From assembly GCA_012295275.1 (NCBI GenBank), contig CM022673.1:20398001-20462000 (forward strand): DNA of 64,000 bases, written 5' to 3'. The stretch is from Chrysomallon squamiferum (Eukaryota; Animalia; Mollusca). Below the pieces are notes generated by a model that worked only from the letters and a program-made list of their open reading frames with translations, had not been told where the DNA came from and made no database searches. Within the stretch, counting starts at the first letter, position 1. Each line of letters begins with the position of its first letter. The translations under genes and the position numbers were made by a program. Positions 41,120 through 54,330 of the stretch are shown one piece after another.

Positions 41120-43141
41120 AGTCCATTAGTGAGCCCGCAAGAAGATTTGAACAATGCATGAGTAAAATAAATATCAGATTTTATTATAAGCGTATACCAA
41201 AATAAATGAACTAATTTGTGTTGAAGCACTTTAGTACCTGTACGTTTTATATGCTGATAATTCTTTTTCTTTTTCTTTTTAAAGGGTTTATTGATATTTC
41301 TAACGCAGATTGGAAATGGGCTTGTAGTTATTATTATTTGAATTGTTATTTTATTTTTGTAACACTTTTTTTTTTGAAAGCTTTGGCTGAAGAAACTCGC
41401 AGCTAATCAAGTAATTTTAAATCACTTGCAATGTTATTATTTTAAACCTGTAAAAATTATCCAGTCATTATTGTTATTAGTTGTATAATAATAATAATAA
41501 AAGCAAAAAAAGCAAGAATTGAGAAGAAAGTAAAATTTATTTAGGTAAATCAAAACCTTGATTTTTTAATTACTCTGTAGTATAAGTTACTTAGCAAAAG
41601 TCGAACAATTAAGAAACTATACACATAAGAAAAGATGAACAGGATAAACAATTAAATTAAATTGAGTAAATTAACTTATCGAATCACAAAACAGTAGATT
41701 GTATAGTTTAGAAATTTACATTATCGACAAATTAAGAAATAATATACTTGATTTAAAAGAAATGAAAATAGATACAGAATAACATGTTAAACTTTCTCTC
41801 TCCACTTCTGCATTTTAAAAATTAATTGTTAAATGAAATCAAGAGAGTCATGAAGGATACATGAAGTAATAGACATTACTGGCAGATGCAAAAACAATAT
41901 CCTTTAAAACAATATTTTTAAACCAATATTTTATTAGGTATACAGTTAATTTCAAGTTTCTGTCAAGCTGATACTAAAAACAAAAACAGAAACCGCTTAT
42001 GAAGAAAAATAAATCACGTAAAAAGCCACAGTTAAATTAAATTTTCTAATGTTCTCCATACATGTGTATGTCAAAAAAATTAACAAGTTTAAACGATATA
42101 ACGAGCAACGATTATATTTGGACTCTAAATGTATAGTTACATCCGTACAGTTCTAAAGAATATAAAGAGTATATATAAAAATTAAACTGTATAACGGAAA
42201 CAATTGTCTGCTTCTTCTCTTTCTGTGTCTACGAATACACACACGTGGGAACAACAGCGGTGTTTTCAGCTGGCTCTGAAATTAAAAATTAATTGTGTTA
42301 GTCATACCAACATCATTTTCCAACCATATACATACTATTGAGAATAATACTTACATTATTTCTAGATTCATTTAGGATATTAAAGTAATCTGATTACGTT
42401 TTCGACGAACATTTTAAATAAATGGTATTTGAATTGTTTAAAAATTAACATTTAGCGGTACCTATCTCCAAAAATTAAATCAGAGTACTTTTTTGACCAT
42501 TCTGTCATGTTCAAGCATAAAATTATGTTCAAACTGAGTAGCGAAATTGTCCAGTTTTGTTTGTAAATACATCGATAGTAATTTAGTACGTAAGAGCTTA
42601 GCAGAAAGTTTGTTTCCCACATTTCATTGATAGATATCCAATAATAAATAAATAAAAATTTATATCAGTTTTATTTGATATCTTTTTTTATATGTATATA
42701 TTTAATTATGGACGTATGTATGTACCTGTATGTGTATATGTATGGATGTGTTAGTGTTAATTTTATATCACCTCGAGTAATGTTAACTCACGTTTCACTT
42801 CAAAATCACACACACACAAAATGTATGTATTATGCATGTTTGTATCATTGTGTATATGCGTGTATGTGTGCGAGTATAAATATATGTAATAAATAGATAT
42901 CAAATAAATATATGTATGTAGTGTATGTATTGTATATTTGTAATATATGTATTGATGTATCAGTGTATTTGACATGTATATTTTTTATGTCTGTCTGTCT
43001 GTATGTATGTATAAATGAACGTATTTACATATCTATATATTAATATATGTATTGTACGCATATGTGTATGTATGTGCTAGTGTTAATGTTATACTCACCT
43101 CGAATAATATTAATTCATATTTGATTTGAAAATTACACAAA

Positions 43142-43200
<59 letters not shown>

Positions 43201-43249
43201 AACACACACACACAAACACACGGACACAGACATATAAAATCACAATAAA

Positions 43250-43405
43250 TTAACCATCACCTTGACTCTGTTTTAGTTTCAGCAACATTGTACCGTCTGG
43301 ATAACATCCTCCAGGCCATCCTCCGCACAGCAGATCTATCTTTGTGTTGTCTGTGTTTCTCACTGCCTCGCCCCAGTGATTCCAGCCGTGAAATATAAAG
43401 TTAAG
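43250..43405 (-). CDS. Exon 5: GON domain C-terminus
   Basis: ttattacag|LNFIFHGWNHWGEAVRNTDNTKIDLLCGGWPGGCYPDGTMLLKLKQSQGDG*. CGGxxGxCxP matches the GON-domain end (CGGYCGKCxP type). Too short for the ORF track. Confidence 0.8.
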   Translation of the reverse strand, partial: LNFIFHGWNHWGEAVRNTDNTKIDLLCGGWPGGCYPDGTMLLKLKQSQGDG

Positions 43406-43423
43406 CTGTAATAATATAATTAC

Positions 43424-43507
<84 letters not shown>

Positions 43508-43724
43508 ATTCGAAATCCAACCACATCGTTAGACCTCATTTTTATCCAGCACACATCCAGTATGTATAAATTATTATTTATTATTACAGTTTTTCAGTTA
43601 AATACTTAATACAAAATAATTATAACAGCTATGTAAATAAACATTTTTATTTTAATAATGTTATTTTAAGTTTCGATTTATATTTTTATCTTTAGAATAA
43701 AATTGCTTTAATTTTGAATGTTAA

Positions 43725-43786
<62 letters not shown>

Positions 43787-44400
43787 TTTTCCATATTTAT
43801 ATAACTGGTTTTTCATATTAAGTAAGTTCAAAGGTGTTTTGCAATGTAAACTAATCAACTAAACTATAAAAAGACATGGACGATAAGCAAATAAAAGCAA
43901 ACTTAACGGTGAACAATTAAATCCACGGCCAGTGGCCCTGATAGTGACACAGACTAAGAATTTATATAACAAACTATGCAGACTGAGCGAATATATACAT
44001 TTTCTGATTTACCAGAGGGTCAATCTGCAGTCCTGTGCCAGACACGTCGATGGTGAATGTTCCCTTGGGTCCACAAGACGCTCTCTGGTTATTACTGTGT
44101 ATGGCGTAACAGTCATTAGCTTCGCCATATTGCAGTGCAGCACCAGAAACTATGTTTACAAATGTTTTATCGTCCCGTATGATTTCCATTGTCTGGAAAA
44201 AGAAATATTTTATTTAACGGCTCTCTGAGCACATTTTAAATCTACTGAAATCTTCTAAAAGCTAGTCGTAGGTTTCTGATGGAGACACGTAGTAATCAGA
44301 TTGATTATACAATCAGCGCTTCAAACACACCATCCTTTTTCTGAAATTATTCTTTCCATACCAGCTACATGTTAACAGTCATAAGGAAAATAATTAACAA

Positions 44401-44497
<97 letters not shown>

Positions 44498-45591
44498 CTG
44501 ATCAGTTCAGAAGTCAGAAGTCAGAAAACCCCCACTAAAAACGAATAAGAATAATTAAATATTAATAATAACATAAAAAATGTTTGGCAAACTACTACTA
44601 AAATAAAAAAATAAAAAAATAAATAAACAACAATGAAATGGAAAATATATATAAATAGATATTCATTTCCATACCAACCGAAGATATTTCTTAATTATCG
44701 AATACATAAATTATATTTAATTCTTCTAAAATCCTGAAAGCTTTGTATTAGTATCAGTAAAATTAATATAACTGCTAAAAGAGAAATTAATGAAACCAGA
44801 GATAAGGGGAATAATCAAATGTCTTTGTTTTCTTACGAATTAACTCCCGTTTGGAATTATTCATTAACAAATGTTCATATATTGTTTTATTATTAAATGC
44901 ATATATGTAGCTATGTATGTATGCATGTATGTATATATGTATGTATGTATTTATGTCAGTGTGTATCATATATATAAAATTCTTATTTTATATGATTATA
45001 ATTGTGTTTTAAGGTGTAATGGTATATTTAAGAATGATTATATCGTGGAATTTACTTCATCCCTACAAAAAAAAAAAAAAAAAAAATAAGTAAACAAATA
45101 TTTACTTCATTAACTACGATCTAATCCAATATATGTTATTTCCTAACTTCATGTTCACTATAGATACAAAAGCAACATATTCAATTGGAACAATTTCGAT
45201 GCAAATTAAGTCAAATACTGAAAGTTACCTGAATGTTGACCTTCACTTTAAGATAATTCGTCTCGCCAAAGTTATCCTTTCTGATATCACAAGTGCCTAT
45301 AATTTCGTTATTACAGTAGGAGTTTTGTAAATTCGGAAACACACCAACATTTGGGTTTACCAAAGACACAAATTCTGAAGGCGTTCCGGACATGTTGTGA
45401 CAGTAGATCTTGACTCGTTGGTCTTGAAACACTTGCGGATAAATCCAGTATTCTCCATCACCGTATACATTCTTACATCGTTTGACTTCAGTACAAGACC
45501 GAATTGCTACATAACACATTACTTTTAATATTTATCATCAGAGATTAAGATTTATGTATTATATGTGTATATATGTATGAAAGAATGTATA

Positions 45592-45647
<56 letters not shown>

Positions 45648-45867
45648 AATGTGTATGTCAGTATGTATGTTTACGTATTCATGAATATATATATATATAT
45701 ATAAAAATATACGTATGTCAGATGACGTCAGATGCCGTTGACGAGTCATAATGTAGGGCACCCATTCGCCCGTATTATGTATGTATGTGTATGTGTGTGA
45801 GTTTGTGTGTATGAATGTGTGTTTTTCTCTGTATGTGTACATATGTAGCTATCGTGTTTCTAAGTTG

Positions 45868-45909
<42 letters not shown>

Positions 45910-46399
45910 CTGTGACGAAGATGTATAATTTCATCTTTGTTTTGATATTGAAATCCGAGTGTCTGTAATTGTGTTTCAATGAATGTATGTTTTCTTCTAT
46001 ATTAACTGTAGATAACTATACTAAATTACTAATTTTTATATTATACAAACGATTGCATATTGCTGGACTCCATTCTCCATTCACCAGACAAGTGAACTTG
46101 TTGTTGTAGTTGTTTGCTATGTAGCCGCCGATACAGTCGAATAGTAGCTGTGTTGCAGTTGGTGCAGGTGGCGCCACGCTGGTAATGAGATGGCCACTGG
46201 AAACTGTGGGTGATGCAGAGCATTCTACAAAAACACGAAACGACTTTACTAATGAAAATAGTCATGTCAAACGTCATAACAGAACAGTTAAGTCAAACGA
46301 GATGGCTGGTAAAGGAATAGTTAGGTCAACTTGATGGCTGATAAATGAACAGTTAGAATAATAATAATAATAATGATAGTAATAATAATTATAGCAACA

Positions 46400-46449
<50 letters not shown>

Positions 46450-47014
46450 TAATAAAACTGACAAATGTTAGCCCGTTCAGTTATGTTTTCAATGATTATT
46501 ATTTAATATGACTAAGTAATATATTAATTAATAATTAGTGACAGCCAATCTACGACAGCATTTCGACAAAGGATAATTCTTCTCAGCCGATAAACCTAAT
46601 GATTCACCGTCTGCTAAACAAATGTACTGATATCTGTTTTAGCTCTTTCCTTTATATTAGTGTTGTCAATTATACATTTTGTTTTAGCTTCATTAAATAC
46701 AGACAAAACGCTGGTTGTAACATGAGAGCAACCGGACTTTAGTGGTATGAGCTGGCTATATAATCATCTCTACGTGAAGGAAAATATATATCTTTCTTCC
46801 ATTACTAATACATAAACTTAGCATAAGTATATGTTTATAGTGGATAGCCGGTATTATTTTTTGATACGAATTTACATACATTTTCTAAACCAAATAATTA
46901 TAATAATAATAAATTCAATAATTAATTAATAATAAATATGTCCTGAAATATTAGTAAGAAAAATATTCAGTAAAACAAAATACCAAACAGAAGAGGTATC
47001 GGAGCCTTTTAACA

Positions 47015-47108
<94 letters not shown>

Positions 47109-47516
47109 AAATCATAACTAAGACGAATTAAACCTGTAATACGATTTTAAAACTTATAATAATAATGACAGTATTCATAAACAAACAAAAATCTTCTCAC
47201 CTGCCTTCTTTCTGTAGTAGACATTTCCAGCGCTCAGTTCTGAACCTTCAGACGACACGTAGATTTTCGAATTGAGCCGGCAAGTCTTGCTGTTTTTGTT
47301 GTAAAAGAAAGAGGTGCAATTGGTGTAAAACGTGCTACACTTTATAGAACATTCTCCTGCATTTACAACGTTTGTTTTCACAGCCAAATTTCCATCAGAT
47401 ATTTTAACATCTGAATAATCTGGGTCTTTGATAAACAGAATGTTGTCTTCGCAAACGGAGGCCTCTGTAGAAAAAAATAAACTTTGAATAAAAACGACAG
47501 GTATGAAAAGATACAT
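43250..47516 (-). CDS. Intact five-exon gene: secreted signal peptide-PAN/Apple-Sushi(CCP)-GON domain protein, 367 aa
   Basis: complement(join(43250..43405,44013..44192,45229..45506,46051..46224,47201..47516)) = 156+180+278+174+316 = 1104 nt. All introns GT-AG, phases 1,1,0,0, no internal stops. Confidence 0.85.
44013..44192 (-). CDS. Exon 4: GON domain middle
   Basis: tttttccag|TMEIIRDDKTFVNIVSGAALQYGEANDCYAIHSNNQRASCGPKGTFTIDVSGTGLQIDPL|gtaaat; GON motifs D.TF, A.DCY, C..G.F.I..SGTGL. Confidence 0.87.
45229..45506 (-). CDS. Exon 3: GON domain N-terminal part
   Basis: tatgtag|(P)IRSCTEVKRCKNVYGDGEYWIYPQVFQDQRVKIYCHNMSGTPSEFVSL...FGETNYLKVKVNIQ|gtaact; GON motifs SC.E, DGEY, KIYCH.M..P.E...L, G.T...KV. 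Confidence 0.87.
46051..46224 (-). CDS. Exon 2: Sushi/CCP domain
   Basis: tttgtag|ECSASPTVSSGHLITSVAPPAPTATQLLFDCIGGYIANNYNNKFTCLVNGEWSPAICN|gtttgt. Four Cys with C..P....G, F.C..GY, TC..NG.WS...C; symmetric phase 1-1 exon. Frame differs from the ORF track entry. Confidence 0.87.
47201..47516 (-). CDS. Exon 1: signal peptide + PAN/Apple domain
   Basis: MYLFIPVVFIQSLFFSTEA (hydrophobic leader) then ECSIKCSTFYTNCTSFFYNKNSKTCRLN...GNVYY, the PAN C-x3-C...C.SF.Y.....C.L pattern; donor GCAG|gtgaga. Confidence 0.87.
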
Positions 47517-47939
47517 ATTTCAGAAGGTGCGCAGTTAGCTGATTTGTGGTAAATGTCAACTGTGTGTGATTTCTGACTGCTCAGACGTGCAACAAATCGA
47601 CTGCTTAGAGAATCGATTTAATAATAAATATTTCATTTACGCATTTTTTTCCTATTGTTATAAGTTCACATCTACAGTATACTTCAAAGTTATCAAAGGT
47701 ATTAAAATGACAATTAAGATTAAAATAAAAACGTGAACGGTTTTACTTAGAATACATGCTCGATATGGCCAGTCTGTTGCAGTAATCGTATATATTTCTT
47801 TTATTGAAATATAGAATTACTTATAAAATATTTAATTATAAAATTCTGAAGAAAAGTCTATTTAAAATAATGAAACTAAAGAGTAATATATTATTAAATA
47901 ATAGAGGTATGATATTTTCAGTTTTTATTAATGATAACG

Positions 47940-48045
<106 letters not shown>

Positions 48046-48759
48046 TTCATTCATTCATTTATTTATTTTTGTATTTGATTTTATTCATCTTTCCTCTAAA
48101 TAAATGAATAATGTTTTCTGAATAACAGAGACAAATGCATTGCAACAATATGTTACTTAATATAAACGCGTTTATGGTATTGTGTAGACACACACACACA
48201 CATATATATATATACACACACACATATATATATATATACACATATACATACGCGATTTCTTCCTTTTTCTTTCATTTATTTATTTATTTAAACTTTTTCA
48301 GATGAATAGTCAATATTGATAATACTTAACATAAATAAAAAAATAAATAAATTAGTAATTAAACAGAATTGAATTGAATTGAATTGAATTGAATTAAATT
48401 AAAGAAATAGAAATAGGATAAAAATCCATGACAAAATCTATTCACTGATGTAGGCCTACCTTTTAAATGAACAACAAAATGAACAGCAAATAAACGAAAC
48501 GAAACGAAACGAAACGAAGGAGTGAAAGACTCATTAAGTATTTACTGTTTTTTCTCTGGTATAAACTGAGTGACCCAGTAAAAGTTCATTTACCGTATTT
48601 TTCCAGTCACTCATGAAAACCAGTGTTTTGTGTCTAGAGTCTAGAAAAAAACTCTAGAATTATTTATTCACTGCACAACTATTTTTCTTAAGAAGCAAGA
48701 AGAGAAAACTGAATTTCAAAAATATGTAAAAACCTTGATGTATTAAAATAAAAAAAATA

Positions 48760-48840
48760 TGGGTCTTTGATAAACAGAATGTTGTTTTCGCAAACGGAGG
48801 CCTCTGTAGACGTACAACAAATTGACTGCTTAGAGACATC
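48760..48840 (-). pseudogene. Small exon-1 fragment (copy D) at the start of a ~1 kb local duplication
   Basis: gggtctttgataaacagaatgttgttttcgcaaacggaggcctctgtaga (STEASVCENNILFIKDP) joins directly to 5' flank cgtacaacaa, deleting the ATG and signal peptide. 48810-49750 repeats ~47585-48750. Confidence 0.75.
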
Positions 48841-49759
48841 GATTTAATAATAAATATTTCATTTATGCATTTTTTATCCCATTGTTTTACATTTACTTCT
48901 ACATTAATGGTTCTATGAAAGGTATTAAAATAACAGTTAAGATCAAAATAATAACGTGCTCGATATGGCTAATCTGTTGCAGTAATCTTTTCTTTATTGA
49001 AATATAGAATTAGTTATAAAAAATTTAATTACAAAATACTAAACAAAAATATGTTTAAAATAATGAAAGTAAACAGTAATATATTATTAAATAATAGAGG
49101 TATGACATTTTCAGTTTTTATTAATGATAATAATAATAATAATAATAGTAATAATAATAATAATAATATTTATTTATTTAATTATTTATTTTTGTATTTG
49201 ATTTTATTCATCTTTCCCCTAAACAAATGAATAATGTTTTCTGAATAACAGAGACAAATGCATTGTAACTGTATATCAATTAAGGTAAACGCGTTTTTAT
49301 TAATGTGTTTTAGTGTTGCGATTTCTTTCTTTTTCTTTGTTTCATTTATTTAGTTAGTTTTTAACTTTTTCAGATGAATAGTCATTATCAGTAAAATTTA
49401 AAACATAAAAAAATAAAAAAAATAAATAAGTAAATAAATTCGTAAGTAAACTGAATTGAAGACGCGAAGATTAAGAAAACTTTTTAAATCAACAACAAAA
49501 TCAACAGCAAACAAACAAACGAAACGAAACACTGAAATACTCATTAAGTATTTAGTTTTTTCTCGGGTATAAACTGTGTGACCCAGTTAAAGTTCATTTA
49601 CCATCTTATTTCCAGTCACTCATGAAAACCAGTATTTTGTGTCTAGAGACTAGAAAAAAACTCTAGAATTATTTATACACTGCATAAGAAGCAGGAAGAG
49701 AAAACTGATATTTAAAAATATGTAAAAACCTTGATGTGTTAAAAACAAACAAATAAAAA

Positions 49760-49801
<42 letters not shown>

Positions 49802-50767
49802 GATAACAAAAAGGAATACAGAAAAAACATAAATAAATAAAAGAAGCGAAATATAACAGCAGTAATCAAACAACACACACTCATCCAAACACACATAAAA
49901 AAAACATGATTATGGAAACGTAATCAACAACAGGGAAAAGAGAATAGCAACAGAACAAAACAACGAAAACAAAACAACAACAATAACAAATAATTTAAAA
50001 AACAACAACATTAAAATAAATAAAAACAAAAAAACAAAACAATAACCACTTTACTAGTAACAATAATGTGTTTCTGACATGAATCTCTCTCTCTCTCTGT
50101 AAATATATATATCTGTCTTTATATTTATTATTCATTCGGTTATTCAGTATTAATTTATTTCACATTCATTCACTCTTTATTCACATTCATTCACAATACC
50201 AGGCGTCGCAAGAGGGACAACAGTAAAAGAACTAAAGTGTTGCAGAATGTAGTTGCATTAATAAATTACTGAATCGTCTCTCTGGGGATGATACACTTTA
50301 ACTGTTGTTAATAACCTATTTACTGAACTGAACACGTTTGTCTATCTGAAGGTTAAAATATATTATTGTCTGTGGTGTTATGAACAAAATTGATTACTTT
50401 TTACATTGGTGAATATGCAGAGCGTTACAAACAATTATACGCGCTTATTAAATGCTAGAATTCTGTTTCGTTTTGTATATTTGTTAATTCGAAAGGTATC
50501 AGGATTCTAATGAACACTTATGTTTATTCAGTACCAGGCGAATAACAGCAGCAAAACTATCGACTTTCATTGTAATATTCATGTTTGGTAATTTCATGCA
50601 GAGCGCAGAATGAGAAAAAATAAAAACATTCTGGAATCATACGAATCATCCGATTATATTTTATACACGTATCATTATTTTACAACAATTTTAATATTTT
50701 TCATAGGTATTTATAGATTTACTGCTTTATTCAACATCTATAGTTATAAGGTATAATAATATGCTAC

Positions 50768-50806
<39 letters not shown>

Positions 50807-50828
50807 ATAGCTACATATATATATAGGA

Positions 50829-51440
50829 ACCATGCCATGGCTCCAAAAAGGGGTTGTGCAAAACGTTAATTCACAGAGTCAGTATTGATAATGTAAATTT
50901 CATCCCAGACATGTTCAGTTGGCGAGAGATCTTGAGAAGACTCTTACAGCACGTGCAATATCTAGGCGGGCGTTATACAGCTGTAACACGATGTTAAGTC
51001 CCTGGGCTTGAACAAAGAGTAGGACCGAAAGTCGAATGATGTCATTTCGGTAGCGAATACTAGCCAAACTGGGTCCATCCGTGATTTATCATAGCATCTC
51101 AAACCATCACACTTCCGCCTCAAAACGGCTGACGTTAAATAATGCAAGCGTCGACAAACCTGTCCCCTTGACGTCAACATTATAAATGAAACAACCGAAT
51201 ATTGTTATGTTGTTGAGATGAATCAAATGTGGACAGCATGCCTGTTGTTGATAACGTTTCCATAAAGAGTTTTTGAGTTTCGGTGTTTATGCTTGCAGCA
51301 TATCAACGATATGAAGATATTGGTTTTCAGAAAGATGTGGCAGGACGTAATCTTCGAATTCTCTTAAACAGACGAGTTTTTCAGAGCTGCAGAAGTTTTA
51401 GCATCCATTGTGTGATTTTCATTTTCAAAAACAACGTGTG
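50829..51440 (-). mobile_element. Tc1 relic, unit-4 copy of 26543-27330
   Basis: Colinear nucleotide similarity with larger deletions; QDLSPTEHVWDE on the minus strand at ~50900-50935. Confidence 0.7.
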
Positions 51441-51494
51441 TGACTATCATGTGAACCCAACATTACAAGTCACGTCTTTGCGGGTGCTTGTTCC

Positions 51495-52170
51495 TGGTAA
51501 TGTGGTTCAGTATCTGCTTCTGTGTACAGTCATCTAAAGTCTGAGATTGCACAGGCGATTGCCCGTTCGTTGCTGGGTTAACTCTTTCGGGTGGAGTTAC
51601 CAGTGTGATACCTTGTCTTTCAGGCTGCAACGCAAAATCGTCACTCCTTATATGAGCAATATGTCTACGCCATACAATACCAGGCGTAACTGATACCTTT
51701 CTACAACAGACGAGCAAAGTTATCTGTTCATCAAGGATGTCTGACATGGGGAATTCGAGTTATCATTTCTCAGCATCTTCCAGCAAAATTCTTGGAAGAA
51801 TTACATGAAAGACATTTAGGTATCTGCAAGAAGAAAACATTGGGTCGAAGTTATGTTTGATGGCCAGACATTGGTGAAGAACTTGAAAACGTTTCTAAGC
51901 GTTTTCTGGTTATCAATAGAACAAATACATACCAGCGGAATCATTTGTTCGGCCATGGGAATGTCTGCAACGTATATGCAGATTTCGCAGATTTGTGCAA
52001 TCTTTGAAACAAGTATTACGTGCTTCAAGATCAAGTAACGGTTCGATTTTGCCAAGACAGTCATAAAATTCCTTCTAGCCTATCGAAGGACTCCGCAAAT
52101 AACAACCAATGAAACATCGGCAAAACTGATCATGGGTCATAAATTGAATATACAGTAGAACTATGAAAAG
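51495..52170 (+). mobile_element. Gypsy integrase relic, unit-4 copy
   Basis: WGIRVIISQHL..LEELHERHLGICKKKTLGRSYV and FLLAYRRTPQ on plus; inverted GIVWRRHIAHIR segment on minus. Confidence 0.75.
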
Positions 52171-52199
52171 ACGAGCTGAGACAGTAGAAGAAACAAGAC

Positions 52200-52810
52200 G
52201 GAAGCGATCTACAACCAGCTCCTGAATAAGCTAGAAAAAGTGAAGGACACACTGAATCCGCAAATGGTCATGATAAATTTCGAAATTGCATCTAAAAATG
52301 CATTCAACTGTACTGTGACTGGATGCTTCTTTCATTTGAGCCAATGCATTTATGGACGTTTATAAACTTCTTAAAGCGTGAACAAGTAATGAATGAAGTG
52401 GAAATAAACCAGATTGTAGACGGGGAAGCACCTCAACCACTTCGTCAAAAATACCAAGACGCTTCATTGCGTTGTTGAGACTGGTCAGACTCCGTTAAAA
52501 CCGACACGTCATGGGCTATTTGTTTGGAATTGCACACAACATAAAAGTGTGTAAACTGAAAATGTTAATGAACTCCTGTAAGAAGTGACTTAGTATACAA
52601 TGTTATATTTTAACCTGTACATGTGAATGAACTGTTGCTGTACAAAGTTTTACTATAGAACAATGGTCAGACTGATATGAATTTCATTTTATTTGAGGTC
52701 TATTATTTTTTGAAAAAATCTTGTCCTTATACATGTATATAAATCGTTATGCCTGAAAATCATTATTGGAAGAAAAACGGTGCAAGTTGTCCGGAAGTTG
52801 TGACAGGCCT
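52200..52810 (+). mobile_element. MULE transposase relic, unit-4 copy
   Basis: YNQLLNKL..LNPQMVMINFEIASKNAF, TVTGCFFHLSQCIY, YLFGIAHNI. Confidence 0.75.
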
Positions 52811-52982
52811 AACGAGCAACTGCGAGCATAAGGGAGATAATAAATATAAACTTGATAACATTCGGATTTGCTCGATTTAATTCCCTTAGAAATAATAACT
52901 CCAAGAAATTATTGATATAACAAATTATAATACTGTTTTAGTGTTGCTTTAAAATTTTGTATCAGTGGCGAAGACAAAAATA

Positions 52983-53046
<64 letters not shown>

Positions 53047-53125
53047 GTGGCTGAAATTGTTGTTTTTGTCGTGCAAATGCATGTACCACATCTTCTGATA
53101 ACTAATCTTCAGTTATGATTATAAT

Positions 53126-53158
<33 letters not shown>

Positions 53159-53159
53159 T

Positions 53160-53251
53160 TATTGCTAATATAACTCCTGGGAAGTCTCTGTGTATGTCTG
53201 TATCTCCACACACACATACATACAGACTTCCCAGGAGTTATATTAGCAATA
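53160..53251. repeat. Perfect 28-bp inverted repeat with 36-nt spacer (hairpin)
   Basis: TATTGCTAATATAACTCCTGGGAAGTCT (53160-53187) and its exact reverse complement (53224-53251). Confidence 0.95.
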
Positions 53252-53521
53252 CTTAATCAAAAAGATCGGAAATGACTACTAAAAACACTACTTTTTTATT
53301 TTTTAAAAATAGTCATCGAAATCTGTTATTGAAAATGTCTCAAAAATATATCTTTTGAGATTTTGTTTTGTGTTTTTATCGTTAGAATATATCTGAACTA
53401 TTTTGTGTGCAATTAGACCAGTAATGTATTCATAGACCGTGTTTAACTGTTTTCGTGTAAATAAAATAAAATAAATAAAAATAGAATAAAATAAAATAAA
53501 AAAAATATATATATATATATA

Positions 53522-54330
53522 TACTGTGCCAAATAAGTTTAGCAATTACGTACAAGATATGATATACAGACAACCTAATTGGATGTTTAATTTATTTGTA
53601 CCCATTATTTGGCTGAATGTAACCAGCAGTAATACGTTGTCACGGTGTCATCGTCGTTTCTTTAATGTCACCTGATGAAACGGAGGGCTACATCTACCAA
53701 AATGGCGAGACAGGCTCACCAGTCAGTTTGTGCACCAGCGGCATTGATGACAGCAGTACATCGTCGTCTCATGCTTCTAATGAGAGTATTAATATCAGTA
53801 ACTGTGTTCCATTCTCGGTTCAAAGCAATTTCCAGGACATGGACATTAAGATAGGAGGATGGTTTTTGCGTAACCTACGGCCCAGTAGGAGCTATGCATG
53901 CTCAATTGGGGACAAGTCAGGGGACTCCGATAGCCAGTTCAACACTTGGATGGGTTCCCGTTGAAGGGCGACGTGCTTGTAATCAGCAGCATGAAGACGG
54001 ATACGAACAGTTTGAGCATGAATTCTAGTACCTGGTAGTCTGCTGCAATGTACGAGCTAAACGTGGAGCACTTTCCAACCTGTGACGTCACTAAATATAT
54101 ATCTTCCTTTGGAACATTTAATCGCGGTCTACCAGAACGTGGTCGATCTCGCACTCGCCCAGTTTGGTGTACGCGTCATCGGAGTCGTGATCCATACATT
54201 CGTGTATGCGTTGGCCGGCGTTAAGGCGTCCCATTGCTTCATGACACTGATTTTCCGACAATCCTGGACGGCGACCCATTATAACGGGATAAATTCTTCC
54301 TTTTGTGTTTGGACAATGTTGTTTCAGTGC
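53522..54330 (-). mobile_element. Internally deleted copy of the Tc1 element at 29204-30686
   Basis: Same left TIR TACTGTGCCAAATAAGTTTAGCAA; RDRPRSGRPRL and SPDLSPIEHA motifs; central part and other TIR deleted. Confidence 0.8.

Noticed and set aside
45400-45506. RSC.E...DGEYWIYP...KIYC read as a fibrinogen-C or collagen C-propeptide start
   Set aside because: Downstream exons carry GON-specific motifs (G.T...KV, A.DCY, G.F.I..SGTGL, CGG..G.C.P) and no FReD motifs.
46041-46277. ORF MTFDMTIFISK...GEWRMESS (also 14484-14744) as a conserved peptide
   Set aside because: Alternative frame over the Sushi exon; splice phase and Cys pattern support the other frame.
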